A stretch of DNA of 64,000 nucleotides from Hydrolagus colliei. Taxonomy: Eukaryota. Under the pieces are notes generated by a model that was not told the DNA's origin, did no database searches, and worked only from the letters and a program-made list of their open reading frames with translations. Both the position numbers and the translations under genes were made by a program. The stretch is from assembly GCA_035084275.1 (NCBI GenBank), contig CM068743.1, forward strand, positions 47,802,001-47,866,000. The letters run 5' to 3'. Shown piece by piece: positions 25,968-39,000 of this stretch. Every line of letters begins with the position of its first letter. Positions within the stretch are counted from its first letter, which is position 1.

Positions 25968-26325
25968 AGATTCCTGTAGCTCAGTGGTTAGAGAGCTTGC
26001 CTACAAACATGAGACCTGAGTTCTATTCCCGGCAGGGCGAAACGTTGGGCAGTTTCTTTACTCCACACGCCTCTGTTTACCCAGCAGTAAGTCGGAACCC
26101 AGTTGTTAGTCAATCGGTGGATCGCTATTCCAGGATTAATAATTCCTCATAAAAATAAAATAGTAATAATTTGGTCACTTAATCCACAACTATTTGTGGG
26201 ACACTGCTGTACACAGTTGGCTACTGCATTTCACCTACAAATATACAGTCAATTCCTTTTACATTATATTCTGTGAAGCGCTTTGAGGTGTCTAGAAGAC
26301 GTGAAAAGTGCAAGGATTATTATTA
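25968..26325 (+). mobile_element. Dominant SINE, long subtype, full length
   Basis: Head, CORE-like segment, body and tail. Confidence 0.85.
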
Positions 26326-29300
26326 CATGCTAAAATATTATTCTTTAAGAAATATATTTTTTTCATTAAAAATATTTTAGTATATTGGAATTACTTACAT
26401 ACTGTACACAATTAGCATATCTGTTCTGTATTATTTTTGTGATATATTTTCATTATATTGTTATCTGGCTGTTTTTCATAACATATCATTGAACGGTAGT
26501 TTGCTCTTCATTATTATTTTGTAGGCTTTGAATTATTGAAGCATTATTCATCCCTTCGTCTTCCTACAGCTAGGTCCAACATAAGGTTCTCTTCCTACTA
26601 TATTAGGTGCAATTCAGATACCTGGCCTTATACTCACATTTCCACTATCTCCCATGTTGATTATTGCCAGAAATAGTCTAAATCTATTTCTACTGCAAAC
26701 CACTTGACCTCTAGACTGAAGCCCTCTGCACTTGTGGCTCTACCACTGATTGATAACTTCTCTACTGTCCTCCGAGTCTGTCAGTTTCGCCATCAATACT
26801 TGGTCAGCTTCTCTTAATCAAGTTGCTATCTGTGGTTTCATACTTATGCTGCCTAAATACCTTTGGGACCTTGCTTCTCAGCTCTCATATCATCTCACTT
26901 TGTGGCAATCTCCAGAAAGCAATCCCCATTCCCCCCTTCCCCCTCTTGGGTTACCAGTAACCTCTAGGATTGTCATTCTATTTTGCAATTATATTTACAG
27001 TATTCATTTAGAATGGTGGTGGAAAACCCTGAGAATATTCACTCCTTTTCTGACAATATATATATCTGTGTAAACACTGCTTTAAAGGAGTCGAATTGTT
27101 CAATCCCTCAATGATGGTCAATTGAAAAAGAAAATGAACAGGCAATAGTGAACAATTTAAATATGTATTTCCTGGATTATATTTTTAACCGTGGATGTCA
27201 GTAAACATGTGCCCCTGACAGTCAATCAACAATACTTAAACTTCACATGAGTGAAGCTGAGGTTCTAGATTGGCTCAAATACCTTTTTCTTTTCCACCAG
27301 CCAACTATTTGAACCACAAAGAAATTCATCACCATGCTTAAGAGCACTCAAACCAGTTCCACATAGATATGTCACGTATATATGGACATTTTCTTGTGAT
27401 CTGGAATGGCAAACGTTTAAACTGCTTATCCAGCAATGACCACCCTCTTTAGAGCTTTGGCTTGCAGGGTGAACATGAGCCATGTGGGTAGACTCCGTTC
27501 TCCTAGAGAATCTACGTCCCACGAATGAGCCATGTTGGCTTTTCTGCCATCAACAGTGTCCTGGAGTAATATGCTTCTTCTTGGCTCAGGTATCGGACTA
27601 CCAAAATCACCATAGACATTTGATTGCAACATTTACTGCCAATCATGTTATCTTGGTGCAAGCTCCCTTGATGATTTAGAGATCCAAGCCTGTTCTAGAA
27701 CCTGCCATTTACTAGTTTTAAACGACATCAACTTAATCCAGTGCTTGGGAGAACCCACCATCATGTACCACTTAGTGGCCTTGCGTTCAGGATGGTGTGT
27801 GAAGTGCGTACAAGGTAGTTACAAAACAGCTTGACACTGTGTTGAGAAGATGAGAGAGTGAGTATTTTGGAAGGATGAGATCAAATGAGCTGAAGGGCCT
27901 TTTTTTTTAACAAAGCGGTTTTGTGATTTCATCCTTTTTCAGGACAGGGTCTGCATATATCAAGGTGAGGAATGCCTGTGCTGGGAAATAGAACATTTTC
28001 CCCACTCCTAATACCTAGCTTTATTATCAAACTCGCCCATAAATAACTTTACCAGGCATGCAGGAAAGCTCCCTCAACACTGTCCCAACACGACAAGGCC
28101 ATTCTCTCCTACATCAGTCTGACGTGCCCATTTCTCACAACAGCCATTTTCATGGCCTGTCTGAATCAGATTATTACTTTACTATAATCATTCCTGTTTA
28201 TGGGAGTTTTGTGTACTCTGAACTCCACTAGGAACTGGGCTGAGCCTGCTTGAGCCTATTTAAAATAGGATTGTTACAGCCCATAGGAGACAGAAGGCTT
28301 TCATCCCATTTGTTTGGGTCGAATATAAATTTCAGATTACAGAGTTAAGCAACGGTAATGCTTTTCCATATCAGCCAGAATATACGGTACTCTTAAAATT
28401 AAGTTAGAGAAGAGACATCTTCATGAGAAATGTCATCAAACCTTTAATCATTCATGTGCAAACTCAAAACCCTTTTTGAGACTTATTCTGCTCCATGCAC
28501 CTCCATAGCATGCTCACTGAAGTGGGTTAAGCACTATTCTTTGTTGAATAAGTTTCACAAAATTCCTCCTAAATCACAATCACAATTATAATAGTAATAA
28601 TCATCATCCTTGCATTTGATATAGCACCTTATCATGTTTTTGAGACGTCTCAGGGCACTTCACACAATATACTGTAAAGTGAATTGGCTATATATTTTGT
28701 GGGTCAAACATAATAAATAACTTAAATGCAAATGTAAATAATAACATATTAAAGTTACAAAATGACATTACAAATTAAAAAAAATTTAGATAATTTTTTT
28801 TTGAAGAGCAGAAACAAATTCACAAAATTTACTAAATGCCGAGGAATAGGGCATAGGTCATACATTTGTTACATGGAGTGTGTGGAGCAGAGTAACAACC
28901 ATTGCATGACAATCCACGCAGATAACAAAAATGTCATCTTTTTGGGTTCTTTTTATTTCACATGGACTTGTGAATAGAAAGTAAATCCCGCAATGATGAT
29001 CAAAGATCTAAGAAAACAAATGAGACAATTAATAATCCAAGCAAACTTCCAAAGGTAGCTCTTGCTATGATACAATCTTCAAGAAATAAAGTAAAAGACA
29101 TCATGAATTTTGAGTGTTCTTTAGCAATAACCATACATGACCCATAATCTACTTAACCATGTAAATCTGTAACTGAAGGAATGCAAAATGGTGGAGATCA
29201 AACCTCTGATGATCCTGTACGACCTTGTTGATGACAACCTCAGGAAAACTGAAGCCAAGGTAAAGATAAGACAGAGAGTCTGTCAACAGCAAAGACAGTG

Positions 29301-29384
29301 GATGTAGGTAGCATCATATACACTTTACTGTGAAGCAGCATGAACTAATAAAATAAAAGAATCATGAAATGTGATCATAAATAT

Positions 29385-29815
29385 TAGTAATAATAACAAT
29401 AATCATTGTTTTATTTGATAGTGTTTACAACACCAAACATCTCAAAACTTCACAGAAATTGCTCTCAGGAATAGTGACTGTATGTGTAACCAAATGTAAC
29501 ACCATTTTGTGCACAGCAAGGTCCCACGAGCCAACCACTTAATCTGAAAGAATGTAGACCAGGAGAAATTGCTTTCTCTTTTCAAATAGTGTCCTAGCAT
29601 CTTACACATCCAAACAAATGGGCACTAAACAATATTATGAGTTTAATATTATGAGTTTAATATCTCATCTGAAGAACACTTCCAACAGTGTAGCACTTCC
29701 CATTGCCCCCTACTGCATAGTAGGGTCAACTTGGTTAAATGGCTTGACATAGGCTTAATATAGGCTTGAACCCACAACTTCTGATCCAGAAACAAGGGTG
29801 CTGACACTGAGCTGA
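29385..29815 (-). mobile_element. Deu-domain SINE, decayed
   Basis: CTTGAACCCACAACTTCTGA head in reverse; reverse Deu core. Confidence 0.65.
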
Positions 29816-29979
29816 AGAAGAGCTCTTGTAACCACCCAGGTTACGACCTCACAATGTACTGTGGATGTTATTCTTTAGTGATGCATCTCAATCATTGAGT
29901 AGTGAGTACAGAAAATCTTGAAATCACTTGAAGGGAATATCTGCCACAGTGTTATGTACATTAATACAGTACATAATTT

Positions 29980-30372
29980 GTCTCCCTGGCACTGTCAGTA
30001 GGACTCTAGCCTCTGAGTCAGAAGGTCATAGGATCAAGCACCATGTTAGGACTTTGAACTCCCGATTAGGCTGACAGTCGAATACATTGCTGAAGGTGCG
30101 CTGCAACGTTTAATGTCTCATGCTTTGGATGAGACATTAAACGAAGGTCACAAGATCATGTCCCAGTTCACTCTGACCTGGCTACAATCTCCTGGATAAA
30201 ATTGATCATTCACTTCAAGACTGTTTGTGGGACATTGCTATATGCAACTAGGGTGCTGTGTTCACCTACAAAATACACAAATCACTACATTTTACCGTAA
30301 ATCCTGTGAAGCATCCTGAGATGTTTTCCCAACATGAAAGGCACTATATCAAATGCAAGGATTATTATTATG
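29980..30372 (+). mobile_element. Deu-domain SINE, full length, decayed
   Basis: GCCTCTGAGTCAGAAGG head; CTTTGGATGAGACATTAAAC; (TTA)n tail. Confidence 0.75.
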
Positions 30373-30965
30373 AATCCAGCTGTGTGGTGATGATCAAACT
30401 GGAGGTGGATTGCAATCAACAACACTGAGGGGAAGAAAATAACAGCCACCAAAGACATGCCATCATGGACCCCATTCCTACTACCGAGCAGCAGAATTTT
30501 AAAAATGCAAAACTTTCTGGAATGTTTAGTCGTGTGTGGTGCTTTTTAGTCTCTTGATTTTGATATTATTAGAATATTCATACAGAGAGTGGCTTAACTT
30601 GTGCAATTTTCAAGAGCAAAATTGAATCCTCCATGTAAATGTTGCATTTGCGTACATTTCCACCATGTCCCTTCAGAATAATTTAATGTGCCATTATAAT
30701 ATGATGCAAAGAATTCAGTGCACGTTTTACAGTACACAACAATCTTGCAGAAAGTCAGTATTAACATGCGTGCCTTTCATGCTTGTTGCTTGGTCAGGTA
30801 CACAGACTCATTTGCAAATTGAAAATTCCATTAGATACCAAAAGACAACTTGACTTGTGTCAGGAATAAAGTTTGCTCTAAAAGTAACCGGTGTTGATGG
30901 TGGATTTTGCCATTTTATTGTTTCAAATAATTTCACCTAATTTAACCATTCTTGCACTTACATAT

Positions 30966-31601
30966 AACAAAAACAGAAATCGCTGGGAACACTCAGCAAG
31001 TCAGACAGCACCTACGGAGAAAGGAAAATGAGTCAACATTTAATGTTCATTATCCTTTGTCAGAACTAGGCTTTTAAGGACAAACAGAGAGAGAGAGGCG
31101 GAGCAAGGAAAACAAAGGAGAAATTGCAGTAGAGGACAGGAGATGATGGGTTAAAGAGGTGTTAATTTTGTGACCTTACAATATTATTACTTCTGGCCTC
31201 AATATTTCAATAATTTCAGGCCATAACAATCACCTCCCCCCTCCCCTATAACCATTTGGTCTGCCTGTTCTTTTGCAATTTCACCCCCACTTTGTTTTAA
31301 CGTTATTAACACCTCTTAACCAGTTTTACTGCAATCACCTATTTTGTTTCACATCATTAACACTTCTTTAACCCATCGTCTCTGGTCCGCTACCCATTTT
31401 CTCCTTTGTCTTCCTTGCCCTGCCCTCTCCCTCTCTGTTAGTTCTTAAAAAGCCTCTCACTCCCAGTTCTGATTAAGGGCCGTGGACCCGAAATGTTGAC
31501 TCACTTTCCTTTCTCATTAGATGCTGCCTGATCTGTTCAGTTTTCCCAGCAATTTCTGTTTGTGTTTCAGGTTTCCAACATATGCAGTATTTTGTGTTTT
31601 T
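30966..31601. mobile_element. Penelope-like element: sense 3' end preceded by an inverted partial copy
   Basis: 30966-31173 is the reverse complement of ~31349-31566. The sense part from ~31190 carries the SGLNI..NNFRP* tail also seen at 16711. Confidence 0.8.
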
Positions 31602-32599
31602 ATCATTAATGTATCATTGGCTCAACCTTTTTTAAATCCTAAAGGATTTTGAATGGGATTAAAGTCTAAAATGACATTAATCCTGATCCGAAATCTCAAC
31701 CCAAATATAAAATTCACAGCTGAGGGCTAAACTTAACTGACCCCCTAACTTCCAATTTAGAGTCTGAACCTAACCAATTGGCAAGTCGGAAATTAAATCT
31801 TAGCATTAAAAGTAGGGAGGACTCAGGAAATGGACCTGCAAAAAAGAAAATAAATATTAAAAGACACAAATTAAGTACAAGCATTAAAAGTTTTCCGAAG
31901 CATCTTTCATTACTTGGAATACAACTACAAACAACAACAAAATTACATTTGCAGAGCGCCATTACATCTGGAGGATGTGTCAAGGCGCTGAACAGTTGGG
32001 GGTCAGGACCCGAGCATGGGGGAGAGGTGGGGCAGGGTCGAAAAGGAGGGTCTTGAGTCGGGCCTTGAAGGAGACAAGGGAGGAAGCAAATCAAAGGGAT
32101 TGTGGGATAGATTTCCAAAGGGTGGGGGCAAAGAGGCTGAAAGCCCAGCCACCAATAGTAGTGCGTATCGGGTAGGAGACATTGAGCAGGCTGGAGTTAT
32201 AACCCCTGAAAATCACACTCCAGCAGCATTGCTTTGCCATCAGTCAAATTGCATACATGCAAGGAAGGAAATTGAATGGTACAGGTGAGGGAATAGGAGC
32301 TTGAGTAGAGTAAAACCAGTGGCATAGACTAGTTGGGCCGAATGGCCTGCTTCTATTCTGAATCATTGTATGTAACTATATAAATCTGAAAAGTAAATAA
32401 TTAAGTGACCTAATGTTAGTGAATTTAACAGGCGCAAGGAGAAGCATCACTGCTGCATAACTGAGTGTGGGAACATAGGGGTGGGGGGCGGGGGGCACAG
32501 GATGGCTGTGGAGAGATGGAGAGATGGAATCTCACTGACCTGCTTTTGTTTCATACTTTTAGACCTTTTGGATAACGCTTCCTTCCCTTTCGGCTGGAC

Positions 32600-33110
32600 T
32601 ACGCAAATGCATTCCTTGCTGTTCTCACCTCCACAACAATCCATAAAATCCAGTTCATTCAGTCTACGTTCTCACCCACACCAAACTTCGCTCTAGTCCA
32701 TTCCAGACTTCACTGGCTCCCTTTCCTGGAGAAGATCGATTTCAAGATCCTCACTCTTGTCTTCAAATCTCTCCACTCCTCTGCACCCCCACTCCCTGTC
32801 TGACCTCCTCTCTCCTCAAAACAGCACCTGTTGCCTTCGCTCCTCCGGTTCTGGTCTCCTCATTGTCGCTCCACCATCAGCGGCTGTGCCTTCAGCCACT
32901 ACGCCCTGAAGCTCTGGAACTCCCTTCCTCACTCCCCTCACCTTACTCCCTCTCTTCCTCGTTTCAAATCTCGGCTAAAGAACTTTCTATTTGGCCGTGC
33001 CTTTGGTCACCTTTTTCCCCCTGCCCCTGGCTTGGGCCCAGAATCCGTTATTGTGAAGCGCTCTGAGATGCCGTCCGGTATGGAGGGTGCTCATGTTGTT
33101 GTTGTTTTTG
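32600..33110 (+). mobile_element. L2 LINE 3' fragment (same family)
   Basis: Clear similarity to 41435-42022; AFSHYALKLWNSLP; (GTT)n tail. Confidence 0.85.
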
Positions 33111-33114
33111 TTTG

Positions 33115-34436
33115 CGAAGCTTAACGAAGGGGTTAGGGACTTCGAAGCTCCTCATAAAGTGAGAATTTCGTTAAGCGGGTGGGAGGTCTCTACTGTGTTT
33201 CCGTACGTGAAAAAAATCAGTTTTGTTCCCAGCGGTGCCTAGCGCTAACATTTGTGGTGTACCAGTGAAGGCATAAGGTAGGTAGATCTGCAATTGAAGG
33301 CTGCAATACTTTAATTACAAGATGAAAAGATGAAAGAATACAAGATGAAAATGTTTGTTTTGTTTACCTGAACAGTGTTTTATTTAGTACATTTTTAACA
33401 CAATACAGTAACAAAACAAAAGTTCCCGTACTTCCCGTAATAAGATGAGGTGAAGAGTAGGGAGGAGGTCTTTGTTTTAATAGAAGACTATTATTTAATA
33501 GAAGACTATTATTATTTAATAGATAAAAAACTGTCGACAGTTTTTCTTCTTTTCTTCATTCAATTCTTGGTAGCAACGAATAGTTTGCTCGATGCCATGG
33601 GCAACCTTAATGCTATGATCCATTTCAGGATTGTTGTCTTTGCAAATATTAATTGCTTCTTCTATTTTCAAAAGAAAAGCTTTCAAAACGTTCAAACTAA
33701 GAATCTTAGGCTCCTCACATAAATCATCAGCCTCAGCTGTCTGTTCCTTCATTAAATCCTGAATTTCTTCAGTTGCAAGCTTTCCAGGGGCCGACTTCTC
33801 ATTTATGGAGATGTAGGTCTTCTCAGGTAACTTCTTCCAATTAAGCCCCGTTTCAACGAAGTTGAAAATATGTTGCGGTGTATAGCCTCCCTCCTTAATC
33901 ATTTTTCCAAATTCATCTGGATAATGTTCGGCAGCAGCAACATCCGCACTAACAGCTTCCCCGTGCATCTTGATAGAATGTAGCTTGTATCGCTTTCGAA
34001 AACAATCAATTGCGGCAGCAAAAGTCTCCGCTGGCTTTTGCCGAGTAGCGTCATGTGGTTGCCTAGCATCCTGCCGCTTAAACTCCTCCCATACTGTACG
34101 GACCTTCTCTTGGATTAGACTAGCAGAGAGAGGGCAATGGCATTCTTTCTGGTCTTCGATCCATCCTCATTTCCAATGTGATGGACTTACTTTTCTTCAA
34201 TGGGGTTGGCGATGTTGCTAATGGGTGTTTAGATGGCATACTGAAGTAAGTGTATGTAGCTTCGTCGACTGAGACTGAGCGTGTGTTGCGGGGGCGGCTG
34301 GGAGATGAGAAGCACGCAAGATTTAAACTTTCGCTATAGTGAACGCAGCTTCGCTAAGCGCATATGAGGTACGAATACAAACCCTCGTTATAGTGAAGTT
34401 TCAGTAACTGGACATTCGGTAAGCGGGGTCTACTTG
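33115..34436 (-). mobile_element. Tigger/pogo DNA transposon, internally deleted
   Basis: Right end TTCGGTAAGCGGGGTCTACTTG|TA. Partial inverse GCTTAACGAA at 33119-33128 abutting an L2 tail. Transposase remnants inside. Confidence 0.85.
33516..34239 (-). pseudogene. Tigger (TIGD1-like) transposase remnant
   Basis: MPSKHP...KKSKSITLEM N-terminus; WIEDQ...SLIQEK CENP-B-type HTH; HGEAVSAD...EGGYTPQHIFNFVETGLNWKKLP (decayed FN.DETGL.WK motif). It then jumps to the C-terminus, so most of the DDE domain is missing; frameshifted. Confidence 0.85.
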
Positions 34437-36732
34437 TACTGCAAATCATGTCCTGAGGAACATGTCCAGTCTGGTATCATAGCATATTGCCTTTACTACT
34501 TTATTGCTATTGCTCCTGTTTCCTTGATCAAGCCTTGTCTAGAGAGGCCTTTCCCTCACTCTCATCATTCAAAATGGAAAAAAAACCTTTGTTTTCTAAA
34601 CTTCCTTTCCTAAAACTGATTAGCATTACATCTGGCCAAGATGATTACATTGATGAACAGACAGCGTGTAATAAAGAACAATGGACATGATGTGAGTTGC
34701 AAAACATTCAGTGTATATCACATGGGATTTAAAACAAATAACAGTGATTTTGGACGTATACAGTATACGATATAAAAGAAAATTGCATTGTAATATTGCA
34801 CAATATATTCAGAAAGTGCAGTCAACATATGTTATATGCTCTATGTATAATTATGTACTGTATATAGAAAGAGAGAATTGTAAGTGTTTAAAATTTCCTA
34901 TCAGAAATCCTGTGAGAATCTATCGTACGTAAGTCATATTCTACGAAATCTTCCTACCAGTCTGAATGTGTCACAAGCCAAATTTGCTGTTGCACTCTGC
35001 CTTTCTGATTTCAGCACCCTTCTAAAAACGTATCTCTGAAATTATGACTTCAGTCAATGTCCTCCTGAATTCTCCCTCTCCCTATCTGTTTCACACCTTC
35101 ATTGATCCATCCTTGTGAAGCCCTTTGAGATGTTTTGCTATGTAAAAGGTGCAATATAAGTGCACAACGTCATTGGCACAAGATGTTTACATTTCTAGTT
35201 TACAACAAAATCAGTGCTATTTATTAAAAATGCCCCCAAAAATCACTAAACATCTGCATGATTATCTGACCATTTACAACATTCTCTAAAGTCTTTGATT
35301 TGATTTCTGTCTTATAATCCAGATTGCTTGCCAATATCCTCTATGAATTCTGATACAGCATATCTCCTTATGCATTGTGCAGAAAATATATTTTCACAAG
35401 GGTTAGAAATAACATAAGAGAATGATTTAAACCAGGCAAATGTGATTTCCCATAGGTATGAGTAAAAGGTTAAAATTTGGCTAGTCCCTTCAGAGACTGT
35501 CAACTGTTTTTTATGTTTCCTGATAATGTCCATGTACCCTGAAATAGCAGCCTTCCCAATGTTGTTGTAAGGAAGAAAAATAAGGGCACCAGGGATTGAG
35601 GGTAATAGGAGAGATTGAATTTGCCACAGCGCCAGTGAGTCCTGAAAGGCCTGCTACAATAGAACTGTGCTCCGAGGTATTATTTTTATTATATTTGAGC
35701 CTCTTTCTAACAATGCCTGAACACAATAATATTTCCTTTATTTGCAGAAACTAAGATGAAATGTTAGAAAATACTTAGCATTCACATTAACACTGCGCAA
35801 AAAACACTGAGGTGCAGTAACAAAAACAATTTGCTTTTGTGCGTAGGGTCTCGGAAGGCTTAATAGTGGTGAATCTTGAGGCCGAGATAATGAGCGAGGG
35901 AGGTGACTGAGGGCAGAGTTGAAGAGGAAGGTCTTCAGGGGTGATCTGAAGACCGGCAAGGAGGAGGCAAAGCAGAGGAATTGAGGGTGAAGGAGAAATG
36001 GGATGGAGACAAAGGGATGTGGAATAAGGAAAACAACAACATGGGGTAACATTAATTCTAATCGGGTCTGATCATAACCGGGCCACCTGGGGAGATTATA
36101 TTTTTGACCAGCCAAGTGCCTGGTACACAAAGACACTCATCATTCTACTGAAGATTATCCAAAACATACTACTGAGCAATTCCATCTTTGCATGGAAGTT
36201 TCTGTTTATTTTGCATGGAGTATGTACTCTCTCCAGAAAGATGCAAAAACAACCTGCTCCCGCAATCCAAGAAGGTATTAAGTGTAGACTGGCAATAGCC
36301 CTGTTTGGGGACCACAATGCTTGCGGATACTGCTGGAATTTAACCAGTAGAACTACATAGCTTTGCATTGTGAGCACTGTCTAGCAAGCATCCTGCTGCT
36401 TATCCAGTTAGCACCACCCCACCCATGGGGAAATATAACCAGAATAAACATTACTGCAAGTGCATTGTGATAGGCTGTTTTGATTTTTGTTCAAGGAAAC
36501 TTGCCTAGGGTTTCACCCTCTCCTGCCTTGTTTTGAAAACAGGTCTCACGCTTGTAAAGTGAGAGCTGTTACAAGCCTTTATCTCCAATAGAAAATTGCG
36601 AAGATTTGGGTGGGGGAGGTTCATTAGTGTGCATTTTATTGTCAACCTATATTTTTCACTTTATTGATAAACACTAAATATGAATAAACAACATATATTA
36701 AATTGTTGTCATTTTCTTAATCCTTTAAGTAG

Positions 36733-36931
36733 TTAATAATCCCTAAACAAAATGGGTAACTTTCAATCCACGACTGTTTGTGGGACACTGCTGTGCGCAA
36801 TTGGCTGCAGCGTTTCGCCCACAAAATATACAGTCAATTCATTTTATATTACATTCTGTGAAGCGCTTTGAGATGCTAGAAGACATGAAAAGCGCTACAT
36901 CAAATACAAGGATTATTATTATTATTATTAT
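36733..36931 (+). mobile_element. Dominant SINE 3' half
   Basis: Near-consensus body; long (ATT)n tail. Confidence 0.85.
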
Positions 36932-38139
36932 TGTAATATATTTGCCATTTGATCTTTGGCCTGCTCTATGTTTTTTCTTGTTCAGCTAGGACCATTTACA
37001 TTACCTTGTCCAGAGCCCTGGGACGTCATTCCGACTTGAAGGGTGCAGTACAAGTGTAATTTGTTGTTGTTGTTTGTAGCAGATTTCACAGAAAAACTGT
37101 GTCTGCACTTTTGTATTGACCCAGATTATAGGAAGAACTCAATGGACAATTGCCAGGCAGCTGTGGGAGCTGGCAGCTGGATGCTGATGTCTTCAGTAGC
37201 TTGTGGATCACAAGCTAACTTATTCACTACTAGAACTAAAGAATGTTCTGAAAGTTTCTTGCTGCAACTCTAGTTCCTTTGTTACCTCTGGCAATATCTG
37301 GTATGATCTCACTGACGTCTATATGGGTTAACATATCACTCGATGTCACTGTAACTAATTAATTCAATGTGATTTATAAAATAAATAATTATGAAGTTTA
37401 ATAAAGGAGTATTCTTTCCAAAATCCCTTTTCAGCATGTTTATTATCAAGCTAACAGAATATCAGAGATAATTGCTGGTATTATGGCAAAGTTACCATGG
37501 CTCTGAGTTGGAGTCACTACAACAAATTCATTTTGTTCTTTCATCTTCATTCGAGAGACCAGGGTAAGAATTTCTTCTGGTTCATAAGGCTATACTAACC
37601 TCGGTACTGTATGCCCATGGGGGGATAATTTGCAGGATAATTAAAAGGGTTTGCACATGTGCAATTCTGCATTTAACCGGGAGACCTCTGCTTGGACTTT
37701 GATCTTAATTACGCTTGTGTGAAGGGAGTTCAATGCAAGTTGTTGTTATTGTTGATCCTGGTGGGGTATGACAATCCTTCATATTCCCTTCAAGATGATC
37801 AAATGATGTCTAACATTACCAAATAATGCCATTTTCATCCTGTAAATTCCACTACAACCTGTACCATTTCACTGTATTTTGTTTTTGGCTGCAGATTTTA
37901 TATTTCCTATTTATTAGTTCCTTTCGCTGTGTAATTTTGCAGAAAATAAAAGCTAGTAATTCACTGCGCAGTTCGGTACTCACAGAATAGTTACAAGACT
38001 ATTGCTTTGACCAGCGCAGGGCTTCAGACAAGATCAAGAAATTTATGCATACCAACACACACTAAATGGAGAAAACACAAACACAAGCAATACGGTGCTG
38101 CGTAGGAATCACATCTACAAACAGCAGATTCTACTAACA

Positions 38140-38490
38140 GCAACTACTTGCATTTATAAATCAATCAATCAAAACTTACATTTATATAGCGCCTTTCACG
38201 TTGAGAGGACGTCCCAAGGCGCTGATTTATATACTGCTCTTCCCATATGATGGAGTCTTGGAGCACTTAACAGTGATGGAGCCCAATGCTGAGCCAGTGG
38301 GAGAGTGAATGGGACCATAGACACAGTTGAAGAGGAAGGTCTTTAAGCGTAATCTAAAATGGGGAGAGGGGGGGGCTAGGCAAAGGGAGTGAGGGAAAGT
38401 GTTCCACAGTTTCGGGGCATAGTGGCTGAAAGTAGAGCCACTGATGATGGCGCGGAGGGTCTGGGGGTCACAAAGGATGCTGGAGCCAGT
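38140..38490 (-). mobile_element. Two stacked L2 3' ends
   Basis: FSHYAPKLWNTFP..RLKTFLF; tail CATTTATATAGCGCCTTTCACG. Confidence 0.7.
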
Positions 38491-38729
38491 CGAACGGATG
38501 CAGTAGTATATTGCTGAAGAGCTGGTGGCCACTGAGGCACGACACCCATCTCCAAAGATTGTAACAGGTTTGAGTCTTGGGGTTTTCCATTAGTCAGATC
38601 TGTGTGACAGACTTTACAGTATCTATAGGATGATTCTCCGATGGTCGTTAAATTTATGGGGAATTTTGTCCATTGCTGTTTTATGTGAATGCACCAGATG
38701 CAATATTTTATATTGTAGTTTGATTTGTG

Positions 38730-39000
38730 CTATGAGTGAGTGGGTAGTAGATGTATGGATCAGGCTCCCTAGGAAGATGGTGAAAGTAGAAAGTAGATTC
38801 ATCAACAACTACAACAACTCAGATTTATATTGTTGTTCATTCAAGAACAAATTAGATAGATTTCTGATAAGAAATATTATCTTGGGATATAATCTATAGC
38901 TTGGAACACGGCATGTTGTGCGACCGCCAGGATGGTGGAAAGCAAACTGGATGGACTTTGGTCCTCTTTTGCCTAGCTTCTTAATCTTATATTATGTCCT
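38730..39000 (+). mobile_element. CR1-type LINE 3' end
   Basis: WVVDVWIRLPRKMV...SFKNKLDRFL, matching the CR1 ORF2 C-terminus pattern. Confidence 0.65.

Noticed and set aside
26399-26401. 3-nt microexon-like motif tgtgtacag|TAT|gtaagt (minus)
   Set aside because: No polypyrimidine tract; branch-like motif too close to the AG.
29188-29265. Plus-strand short ORF ending at a donor-like AAG|gtaaag
   Set aside because: No convincing acceptor or partner exons on the plus strand.
29630-29662. Short tandem duplications (also ~33476-33523, ~10797-10818, ~24150-24199)
   Set aside because: Ordinary slippage or repair duplications; no evidence of function.
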